IMG/VR virus record: IMGVR_UViG_3300046823_000115
Span: 1 to 27,478 of that record
DNA: 27,478 bases
Source of the DNA: a virus
Lineage: Duplodnaviria; Caudoviricetes
Direction: 5' to 3' (one strand)
In this document: piece by piece, positions 1 to 6,533 of the stretch
Numbering within the stretch: the first letter of the stretch is position 1
Layout of the letters: each line of letters begins with the position of its first letter
Made by a program: the position numbers and the translations under genes
The notes under the pieces: generated by a model
The model's database searches: none
The model's input: the letters and a program-made list of their open reading frames with translations, nothing else
What the model was told of the DNA's origin: nothing

Positions 1-279
1 GACAACCCGCCTGGCGCGTCACAGCCGATGCAGCAGCCGTTGGACCCTGAGCAGATGACGCCCGAGATGGCGATGGCTCACCACATGACCGACCTGGCCA
101 AGAAGCAGGCCGACATCAGCAAGACGCGCGCTGATACGCTGCTGACAGCGGCGAAGATCCCGCAGGTGGCCAATCAGGCTCAGCATACGCTGCACCAGAC
201 GCACAACACTGCTGTGACCACGAACAGATTGCTCCGCACGCCCATTCCACAGCCACAACCGCAAGGAGGTGCGCCGTGA
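1..279 (+). CDS. Probable portal protein C-terminus (5'-truncated by window edge)
   Basis: Frame is open from base 1 (DNPPGASQPMQQ...). Gln/Pro-rich helical tail; lies upstream of scaffold and capsid as in P22-like gene order. Identity inferred from position only. Confidence 0.45.
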   Translation, partial: DNPPGASQPMQQPLDPEQMTPEMAMAHHMTDLAKKQADISKTRADTLLTAAKIPQVANQAQHTLHQTHNTAVTTNRLLRTPIPQPQPQGGAP

Positions 280-767
280 GCGTGCGTGGCTTACAGCCAT
301 CCGAGACCGACGAATGGTATACGCCACCCGAGATATTTGAGGCGATCGGTATGCGCTTCGGTCTCGATCCCTGCTCACCCGGGCCGCATCATTGGGTGCC
401 AGCGGATCGGGTGATCACCAAGGCCGATGATGGGTTGGCTCAACCTTGGAGTGGGCCAGTGTTTCTCAACCCGCCATTTGGCACGCGGCATGGGCAAGTG
501 CCGTGGCTACAAAGGTTCCTATCCCATGGCAACGGCATTGCAATCGTCCGTGCCTACACGTCCTCAGATTGGTTCCATGATCTGGCGGTATTGGCGGATG
601 CTATGATGTTCCCGCGTGGCAAGACACGGTTCGTGCGACCGGATGGCACGAGGGGCGAATGTCCTTCGACCGGCGTCGTGCTGTTGGCGATGGGTCACGA
701 TGCGCGCCAGCATTTGCGTGGTTCTAGCCTCGGCATGTTTGTTTCCGACTGGGAGGCAGCGCCATGA
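276..767 (+). CDS. Phage DNA N6-adenine methyltransferase (Dam-like, PF05869 type)
   Basis: DEWYTP, LDPCS, DGL..W and catalytic NPPF motifs; GTGA overlap with upstream stop. Confidence 0.9.
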   Translation: MSVRGLQPSETDEWYTPPEIFEAIGMRFGLDPCSPGPHHWVPADRVITKADDGLAQPWSGPVFLNPPFGTRHGQVPWLQRFLSHGNGIAIVRAYTSSDWFHDLAVLADAMMFPRGKTRFVRPDGTRGECPSTGVVLLAMGHDARQHLRGSSLGMFVSDWEAAP

Positions 768-931
768 ACCTGCTGCTGCTGGTCGTCATCCTGATCGTGC
801 TGTTCGGCTTCGGCGGCGGCTACTACGGCTATCGCGGCGGCTACTACGGATACGGCGGCTTCGGCGGAATAGGGCTTGTGCTGCTGATCATCGTGCTCCT
901 GCTGCTGTTCGGTGGCGGCCGGTTCTGGTAG
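764..931 (+). CDS. 55-aa small membrane protein, DUF3309-like (not in ORF track)
   Basis: ATGA overlap with methyltransferase stop. Translates to MNLLLLVVILIVLFGFGGGYYGYRGGYYGYGGFGGIGLVLLIIVLLLLFGGGRFW: two hydrophobic helices around a Gly/Tyr loop. Confidence 0.8.
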   Translation: MNLLLLVVILIVLFGFGGGYYGYRGGYYGYGGFGGIGLVLLIIVLLLLFGGGRFW

Positions 932-1073
932 TTATTGGTGCGGATCGGCAAAGTGAGCGAGTAGGGGCGGCTTCTGGCGGTTACCGCCCAGCTACTCTCC
1001 CGCGAGCCTTGCACCACGCGGTGCGCCATCACAGCACGGTCGAGTCCAACCCGCAACGACACAGTGAGGTCCA

Positions 1074-1235
1074 ATGGCCAGACTTCGCCCACGCTACAGG
1101 CTCACGTCAGCCAGAGCCAAAGTAGTGGGGCGGCTGGGTGGGATAGCGCGGGCCAAGGCGCTGTCGAAGCAGCGGCGGCAGGAGATTGCCCGGAAAGCCT
1201 CGCTGACGCGCTGGGGCACGGTGTATCGGCTGTAA
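1074..1235 (+). CDS. 53-aa basic protein with KGG-like GG-ARA-L-RR-EIARKA-RW motif (not in ORF track)
   Basis: GAGGT SD upstream; MARLRPRYRLTSARAKVVGRLGGIARAKALSKQRRQEIARKASLTRWGTVYRL. Confidence 0.75.
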   Translation: MARLRPRYRLTSARAKVVGRLGGIARAKALSKQRRQEIARKASLTRWGTVYRL

Positions 1236-1236
1236 C

Positions 1237-1276
1237 GACGCAAAGACGCAAAGACGTAGAGACGTAGAGACGCAAC
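1237..1276. repeat. Five tandem 8-bp repeats GACGYARM
   Basis: GACGCAAA GACGCAAA GACGTAGA GACGTAGA GACGCAAC, intergenic. Confidence 0.9.
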
Positions 1277-1291
1277 GACACATGGAGAATT

Positions 1292-1795
1292 ATGATGGCC
1301 AGAGTTCACGTCATGGGCGGTTATTTGAACGTCGAGGGGATGAGCGGCGGATATCCGGACAATTCGTTGCCGGGCGTCGAGGGGGAGGTTGATCCTGGCT
1401 ACGGCATCAGCGCCGACCGGCCGTCTAATCCGATCGTGCTGCCGCCACAGCCACCGCAGGTGTGGCCGCCGATCAGCGTAGGTAACCCGATCGCGCCGAT
1501 CATCGACAACACGCTGCCGGTGCAGCCAGGCACGATATGGCCGTCACCTGGTGGCCCGGTGTATCCGACGACGGGGCCGGTGCGGCCACCGACTGGCAGC
1601 ACGCAGCCGCTTCCTGGCGGTGGTCGGCCGGACAATACCTTACCGGGCGGTCAGGGCGGCACGATCGACAACGCGCTGCCATCGCAGACGTTCTGGGCGC
1701 TCTGCTACATGCCATCGCTGGGGTGGCGGTTCATTGCGGTGGACCCCTCGCTGCGCCCTGGCATGCCGCTACCACCGCACGCACAGCCGAAGTAA
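1292..1795 (+). CDS. Pro/Gly-rich repeat protein, unknown function
   Basis: GGAG SD at 1284; repeats PDNSLPG, IDNTLP, PDNTLPG, IDNALP; aromatic C-terminal segment. Confidence 0.8.
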   Translation: MMARVHVMGGYLNVEGMSGGYPDNSLPGVEGEVDPGYGISADRPSNPIVLPPQPPQVWPPISVGNPIAPIIDNTLPVQPGTIWPSPGGPVYPTTGPVRPPTGSTQPLPGGGRPDNTLPGGQGGTIDNALPSQTFWALCYMPSLGWRFIAVDPSLRPGMPLPPHAQPK

Positions 1796-1807
1796 CGCGA
1801 TCTTCGA

Positions 1808-1951
1808 TGCCAGAGACGACGTCTAGACAGGACGCAAACACCGATCGAACGGGGACGCAATACTGGCAGGAGCCGCCCCGGGCAGCCGTCGCTTCATCAG
1901 GATTAACCGCGCTTCCAGTAGACGGCTCGCGGTGACAGCCGGAGAGACGGC
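1808..1951 (+). ncRNA. Candidate structured RNA / cis-regulatory leader
   Basis: Several exact complementary segments in an intergenic region (see findings); family not identified. Confidence 0.45.
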
Positions 1952-1978
1952 ACAACAAACCCACAGGGGCTTCACGTC

Positions 1979-2623
1979 ATGAAACGAGCACTGCTCGGCG
2001 TCAGCATTATCGCGGGCGCCATGTTCTTCCACGCGCCGGCGCATGCGGTTGTCGTTCTCTCGTTCGGCCAGACTGCCGGGACGCCGATCACCGCCACTGA
2101 GAACGGCGCGCAGACCGCCACCACGCTCAGCGCTGTCGACGCGCCGATCGCCATCACGCAGATCGAGAACGGCTCGCCGGTCAATGCGTTCTTCGACCTC
2201 AGTGCGGCATCGGATGGTGCGGCTGTGCCGATCCTTGGTGGATCCGCGCAGAAGTTCAGCGGCACGTTCAGCATCACGAGTTCCATTGGCGGCACCGGCA
2301 CCAACTACCTGTCGGGCACATTCGCTGACGTGACGTTCGGCAGCGGTGCGGGTGGTGCGTTGGCCGTCGGGGCACCGCCTGATGCGCTGACGCTGACATC
2401 CGATGTGATCACGTCATTGCTGCAGCCCAGCGCGGTGGGCCTGGCGTTCGCGAATATCACGCCCGGGTTCAGCATTGTGGGCACCAGCATCGGCAGCTTC
2501 ACATCGTCGGTGTCGGGGACGTTCTCAGCATCGCCTGCGGAGGCGCCGGAGCCTGCCACGCTGGCGCTGCTGGGCGTGGGACTGCTCGGGTTGGGGTTGG
2601 TGCGTCAGCGGAGGGCCTCGTGA
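1979..2623 (+). CDS. PEP-CTERM sorting-domain surface protein
   Basis: Signal peptide ending PAHA; Ser/Thr/Gly-rich body; C-terminal APEPATLALLGVGLLGLGLV-RQRR (PEP, TM helix, basic tail). Confidence 0.92.
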   Translation: MKRALLGVSIIAGAMFFHAPAHAVVVLSFGQTAGTPITATENGAQTATTLSAVDAPIAITQIENGSPVNAFFDLSAASDGAAVPILGGSAQKFSGTFSITSSIGGTGTNYLSGTFADVTFGSGAGGALAVGAPPDALTLTSDVITSLLQPSAVGLAFANITPGFSIVGTSIGSFTSSVSGTFSASPAEAPEPATLALLGVGLLGLGLVRQRRAS

Positions 2624-2847
2624 GCGATAAGATCGAGGCAATCAACGATCTGCGTGGCGCCATCAAGGACACCGCTGCGGATACGCTGGCGCTGCGGGAC
2701 GGCATGATCGCCCCTGATGAGGCGATTGCGAATATCATGCTGGCCTATCGGCACCTGGAGGACGCCAGCATGCGCCTTGGCAAGGTCATCCAGGCCCTGG
2801 ACGGCGGCGTGTCGGTCTATGACAAGCGCACCACCGTCGGGGCCTAA
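2620..2847 (+). CDS. 75-aa helical hairpin hypothetical protein
   Basis: GTGA overlap with PEP-CTERM stop; GC-biased codons. Confidence 0.7.
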   Translation: MSDKIEAINDLRGAIKDTAADTLALRDGMIAPDEAIANIMLAYRHLEDASMRLGKVIQALDGGVSVYDKRTTVGA

Positions 2848-3052
2848 CGGCAATGGTGGCCACACCACGGTCGTGCAGGCGGCGATCAAGCTTGGCGGGC
2901 AGGCTGCGCACACGTTGGGCCCCCAGTTCCTAGCGTTGATCATCGTGAATGGCTTGGCGTTAGGCTTCCTATTCTGGTTTGTCGATGCGCGGGCGCGGCA
3001 CACCGCCGACGTGCTCAACCGGTTGCTGTCGGCGTGTCTTACGAAGCAATGA
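2819..3052 (+). CDS. Small single-TM membrane protein
   Basis: ATG 2819 in the 2717..3052 frame; hydrophobic FLALIIVNGLALGFLFWFV; ATGA coupling to the next gene. Confidence 0.6.
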   Translation: MTSAPPSGPNGNGGHTTVVQAAIKLGGQAAHTLGPQFLALIIVNGLALGFLFWFVDARARHTADVLNRLLSACLTKQ

Positions 3053-3234
3053 GCAAGGCCGAGCTGCGCGTGTTGGCACGACTGGCGGACGGTGGCTGGC
3101 ACCGTGAGAGCGAGTTGCGGACGACGTTCCGGCTATTGCAGTGGCTGTATCGTCGGGGGCTGGTGGATGGCGCGATGTTGACCTCGGGCGGCACGGCGGA
3201 CGACCGGTTGTGGCGGCTGGGCAAGTGCCCGTGA
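3049..3234 (+). CDS. Small hypothetical protein, possibly winged-helix-like
   Basis: ATGA overlap; ELRVLARLADG...LQWLYRRGLV pattern. Confidence 0.5.
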   Translation: MSKAELRVLARLADGGWHRESELRTTFRLLQWLYRRGLVDGAMLTSGGTADDRLWRLGKCP

Positions 3235-3241
3235 GGCTGCC

Positions 3242-3265
3242 GCCTCCTACTCTTCAAAATGCCCC
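3242..3265. repeat. 24-bp direct repeat, copy 1
   Basis: GCCTCCTACTCTTCAAAATGCCCC, identical to 4220-4243. Confidence 0.95.
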
Positions 3266-3481
3266 GGCCTCCCAGCAGGCACGTTCCACGGCGGCTCTGA
3301 GTGTCGGTCCCCAGGCGCCAGCGGTGCGCACCGGCCACGGCTTGTCCGGCCCCTCAAGCTGCACCCACCACTCACCATCGGGCGCCACGCTCTGGATGCA
3401 GCTAATAAACTTCCAGCCGGTGGGGATCGCATCGAGGGGAATGCAGTTCGGGCACCGGCATGGTATCGTTTCATTCGTCAT
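3254..3481 (-). CDS. Small hypothetical protein (CRCPNC motif)
   Basis: ATG 3481 overlaps the end of the upstream gene. An alternative frame 3247..3474 exists but looks less protein-like. Confidence 0.5.
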   Translation of the reverse strand: MTNETIPCRCPNCIPLDAIPTGWKFISCIQSVAPDGEWWVQLEGPDKPWPVRTAGAWGPTLRAAVERACWEAGAF

Positions 3482-3668
3482 CGGTCTGTCTTTCAACACC
3501 TTCGTGCTGCGTCCGGTTTATCATCCCGATCAGTTCATTAGCTTGGCTCACCGGCATCACGTACTCGGTGAAACCAATCTGGATGCCGATATACCCGGAG
3601 CGCACCATGCGAGTTCGCATGTCAGGGAATGCTACCCTGGCGGTCGGGGTGGTTTCAGGATTGGGCAT
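3471..3668 (-). CDS. Small hypothetical protein
   Basis: AAGGAAG SD-like sequence upstream; tiles with its neighbours. Confidence 0.55.
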   Translation of the reverse strand: MPNPETTPTARVAFPDMRTRMVRSGYIGIQIGFTEYVMPVSQANELIGMINRTQHEGVERQTDDE

Positions 3669-3969
3669 TTGCTGCTTCCTTCAGGGCGGTGAAGTGTCTC
3701 ATGCAGAATGCATAGTCTTCTTTGGAAAGCCGCGCAGCAACGCGCGCCCGTGGATCGAACATATTGTAGGCGCCTCTCTGGATGATCTCCTTCGTCAGAT
3801 CACATAGGCGCCCCATGTCGGGACGATCGGGGTGGAACGACCCCTCCAACCGATTGTATCGCGCCATCTCCTGCCGAAGCTGCTTGTAGAGGTCGATCCT
3901 CCAAGCCTTCAGGCTGTTCAGGTAATAGCCACGGCCGGTCGGACCAATGGGGCACTGACAGTGGCTCAT
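3655..3969 (-). CDS. Hypothetical protein
   Basis: AGGAGG SD from the partial repeat copy at 3974-3989. Confidence 0.65.
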   Translation of the reverse strand: MSHCQCPIGPTGRGYYLNSLKAWRIDLYKQLRQEMARYNRLEGSFHPDRPDMGRLCDLTKEIIQRGAYNMFDPRARVAARLSKEDYAFCMRHFTALKEAANAQS

Positions 3970-3978
3970 CGCCGCCTC

Positions 3979-4215
3979 CTACTCATCAACCTGCCCCCGC
4001 TCGGCACGTCGAACGATCGTGGCGCGCCAGCCCAACCGCTTGAAGCCCTGGCGCAGCTTGTCGGCAGGCTGGCCCATCAAGTGGCGCAGGATCGGCGCAG
4101 CGAACACCACACGCTGCGTCACTCGGTCGATCAGCAGCCCGGCGCAGAACGGCCTGGGGCCGTCGCACACCACGCGCACCAGGATGCCGTCGCAGTAGCG
4201 CTCGCCAGGGGTCAT
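3979..4215 (-). CDS. Small phage hypothetical protein
   Basis: AGGAGG SD within repeat copy 2; FCAGL...VVFAAPILRHLMG...GW. Confidence 0.7.
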   Translation of the reverse strand: MTPGERYCDGILVRVVCDGPRPFCAGLLIDRVTQRVVFAAPILRHLMGQPADKLRQGFKRLGWRATIVRRAERGQVDE

Positions 4216-4219
4216 GACT

Positions 4220-4243
4220 GCCTCCTACTCTTCAAAATGCCCC
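4220..4243. repeat. 24-bp direct repeat, copy 2
   Basis: Identical to 3242-3265; the minus strand contains TAG followed by GGAGG. Confidence 0.95.
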
Positions 4244-4274
4244 TTTCCGATAGCTACCCCCAGTCAGGTGCCAG

Positions 4275-4487
4275 TTGCCACAATTGACCATTCTAGAACA
4301 GGTAGACGAGGCGACATCTCTCGCGCGGAAATCGTTCGCAGTGGGCGATCTGGTGGGCGGCATCGCGGCCATTCAACTGGCAGCACAGTTGCTGCAACTG
4401 GCGCGTATCAGCCAAAAAGTAGGCCCCGCACTCACACGGGAGATACGGGGCGCTGAGTTCTCTGACTTATCGCGGAACCGATCCTAG
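4275..4487 (+). CDS. Possible small helical hypothetical protein
   Basis: TTG start; amphipathic sequence; fills the gap. Weak support. Confidence 0.35.
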   Translation: MPQLTILEQVDEATSLARKSFAVGDLVGGIAAIQLAAQLLQLARISQKVGPALTREIRGAEFSDLSRNRS

Positions 4488-4504
4488 CACAGCGGAGCGC
4501 CGCC

Positions 4505-4807
4505 ATGCCAGCCAGCATGAAGCACGTCATCTCCGTTCCCTGGACGGACGAGGAGCGCACGTTGCTGCGGCAGCTCTGGGAGAACGGCCTCGGCCCGGTG
4601 CTGATCGGGCGGCTCATGGGGCGCTCCAAATACAGCGTCACCAAGCAGACGCAGGCACTCAAGCTGCCGCGACACCGGCTGCCGCCCGGCCTGGCGCCGA
4701 CGCCGGAACCCCGCCAGGGGCCAGCACAACCACTGCGACCTGGCGCCCGCACGCTGCCGCCGCTGCCATCTGAACTGACGGCCGAGAACCTATCCTCCCA
4801 CGGGTGA
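4505..4807 (+). CDS. GcrA-like N-terminal HTH protein
   Basis: WTDEERTLLRQLWENGLGPVLIGRLMGRSKYSV...LKLP resembles the GcrA N-terminus (WTDERVxxLxxLWxxGLSxxQIAxxLG.SRNAVIGK..RL.L); GGAG SD at 4494. Confidence 0.75.
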   Translation: MPASMKHVISVPWTDEERTLLRQLWENGLGPVLIGRLMGRSKYSVTKQTQALKLPRHRLPPGLAPTPEPRQGPAQPLRPGARTLPPLPSELTAENLSSHG

Positions 4808-4889
4808 GGCCGAAGGGCGGCGCTCCGCGTCTGCCAGACGAACCGGGCGCGGAGCCGATCGCCACCAACACGCATCTCTGAGGATCACC

Positions 4890-5768
4890 ATGGCCAACGA
4901 GCAACTTGAGTCGTTCCTCAAGGGCGAGACCGCGACCGTCACGGAAGCCCCGCCGGAGGCCCCGCAGGCAGCGCCAGAGGCGCCGGCGCCGAAGCCCGAG
5001 GCCAAGCCCGAGCCGGTCGCTAAGCCCGCCACAGCCAAGCCCGAGCCCGAGGACGAGGCCGATCCGCCGGAAGCGCTCGAGGGCGAGCCGGTCATCCCGC
5101 GTCGTGCCTACGAGGACGAACGGCGGAAGCGGCAGGATTGGAAAGCGCGTGCGGTCGAGGCCGAGACCAAGCACAAGGAGCTGCAACGCCAGTTCGAGGA
5201 CGCCCAGCGCCGCGCTACCGCCCCGCCACCGCAGCAGCAGGCGCCCCCACAGCCGCCGCCGGATCCGGCCGCCGATCCCCGCGGCTTCGCCCAGCACCTC
5301 GTCCAGCAGCAGCAGGCCGCGCTGCTCAATGAGCGGCTCAACAACTCAGAGATGATGTTGGCCGATAAGATCGGGGCGGAGAAACTGTCGGAGTACGTCA
5401 ACGAGTTTCGCAACCTGGCGAACGCCGACCCGACGCTGTTCGGCAAGCTCTACAGCCAGCCGCACCCCTATGCGTGGCTGACGCGCGAGGTCGACCGCCT
5501 GCGCCTGGTGCGCGATGTCGGGGACGACCCAGCCGCGTTCAGGGCCAAGATCGAGGCCGAGGCGCGCGCACGCTGGGAGCAGGAAGCCAAGGCCGCGCCG
5601 CCAGCGCCATCACCGGCCGCCGGCATGCAGCCAAGCCTGGGCACCGCGCGCAGCGTCGCAGGGCGCACGGCTGGGGCATGGACCGGCGAACCGAGCCTCG
5701 ATGACGTGCTCGCGCCAATCCAGAACCGCAAGCGGCCGAACGGCGCCGGCGGCTCAGTGCGGTATTAG
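4890..5768 (+). CDS. Capsid scaffolding protein
   Basis: Acidic Pro/Glu N-terminus, IP..AYEDERRKRQ coiled coil, located before the capsid gene; GAGGA SD. Confidence 0.85.
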   Translation: MANEQLESFLKGETATVTEAPPEAPQAAPEAPAPKPEAKPEPVAKPATAKPEPEDEADPPEALEGEPVIPRRAYEDERRKRQDWKARAVEAETKHKELQRQFEDAQRRATAPPPQQQAPPQPPPDPAADPRGFAQHLVQQQQAALLNERLNNSEMMLADKIGAEKLSEYVNEFRNLANADPTLFGKLYSQPHPYAWLTREVDRLRLVRDVGDDPAAFRAKIEAEARARWEQEAKAAPPAPSPAAGMQPSLGTARSVAGRTAGAWTGEPSLDDVLAPIQNRKRPNGAGGSVRY

Positions 5769-6304
5769 CTGGTGCGCGCGAACTTGCCGTGGAGTCTACG
5801 CGCGGCAGCATCGCGGGCTGCCTTAGCTTCCCCGATGGTCGCGAAGCATCCGAGGTAATGCACGACGCCGAGATGCTGGACTTGCGCTTGCCATCGGCTG
5901 CCGCTCGTACCGGCCGGATAGACGCCAAGCACGCCGCTTGTGCTGTTGTGCCGGTGAGCCTTGGATCTTGTGTTGTTCTGGGCGTGCGTAGACTCGCGGA
6001 GATTGGCAATCCGGTTGTCGGAGCGCGCTTCGTTGATGTGGTCGATTTCGTCCGCTGGCCAGCGACCATAGACGTAGAGCCATGCGAGGCGGTGCGCTAA
6101 GCGATGGCGCCCGTTGATGCAGATAGCGACGTAGCCGTGTTTGCTGCTTGTGGTTCCAGCGACTGTCCAGCGACGACCGGAATTGGCGGACGGACGAATG
6201 TCGGGGCGATCGTGCCAAGTGAAGATGCCAGTGGCTGGGTTATAGTCCAGCACGGCTCGGAGTTGGTCCGCAGTGAGCGGATCGTCTAAACGAGGGGCAA
6301 CCAT
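5765..6304 (-). CDS. Free-standing HNH homing endonuclease with AP2-like C-terminal domain
   Basis: LDYNPATGIFTW, AHRLAWLY, IDHINEARSDNRIANLR, then SGVLGV...WQAQV...YLGCF. Confidence 0.92.
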   Translation of the reverse strand: MVAPRLDDPLTADQLRAVLDYNPATGIFTWHDRPDIRPSANSGRRWTVAGTTSSKHGYVAICINGRHRLAHRLAWLYVYGRWPADEIDHINEARSDNRIANLRESTHAQNNTRSKAHRHNSTSGVLGVYPAGTSGSRWQAQVQHLGVVHYLGCFATIGEAKAARDAAARRLHGKFARTS

Positions 6305-6306
6305 GA

Positions 6307-6379
6307 ACTGTCCCTTTCCACAGTGATTGGCCAGAGCCCCGGAGACCGCAGCAACGGTCCGGGGCTCGCCTTACTAGCA
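6307..6379 (-). promoter_or_regulatory. HNH-1 leader: -10-like TGCTAGTAA, long hairpin, SD-loop hairpin
   Basis: GAGCCCCGG 6334-6342 / CCGGGGCTC 6359-6367; ACTGT 6307-6311 / ACAGT 6320-6324 around the SD. Confidence 0.6.
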
Positions 6380-6427
6380 CAGTTTCACGCGGCTTGAAGG
6401 CGCAATCGCCTCGCTGCGTCACGTCAT

Positions 6428-6492
6428 CACCGCCGCCGGGTGGGCCGTAAAGGTCAAGACGGGCGTGAGTGCTGCCGCCGGGCATCGGGCGT
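6428..6492 (+). promoter_or_regulatory. Tandem GCCGCCGGG...CGGGCGT units in the capsid leader
   Basis: GCCGCCGGG at 6432 and 6474; CGGGCGT at 6460 and 6486. Confidence 0.5.
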
Positions 6493-6533
6493 AAGGATAG
6501 TATAAACCCCCGATATGCAATGGAGTTCGTTCT

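Noticed and set aside
932-1073. tRNA gene
   Set aside because: Stem-loops are present but there is no cloverleaf or T-loop consensus.
1237-1276. CRISPR array
   Set aside because: 8-bp units with no spacers, and no cas genes.
1825-1945. Canonical c-di-GMP-I riboswitch call
   Set aside because: Lacks the GNRA tetraloop, the receptor and a clear P3 consensus; kept only as an unclassified RNA candidate.
2819-3052. Holin / lysis cassette
   Set aside because: Single TM segment, but no adjacent endolysin or spanin is recognisable.
3242-4243. CRISPR repeats or IS element with target duplication
   Set aside because: Copies are ~1 kb apart, with no transposase or integrase and no terminal inverted repeats.
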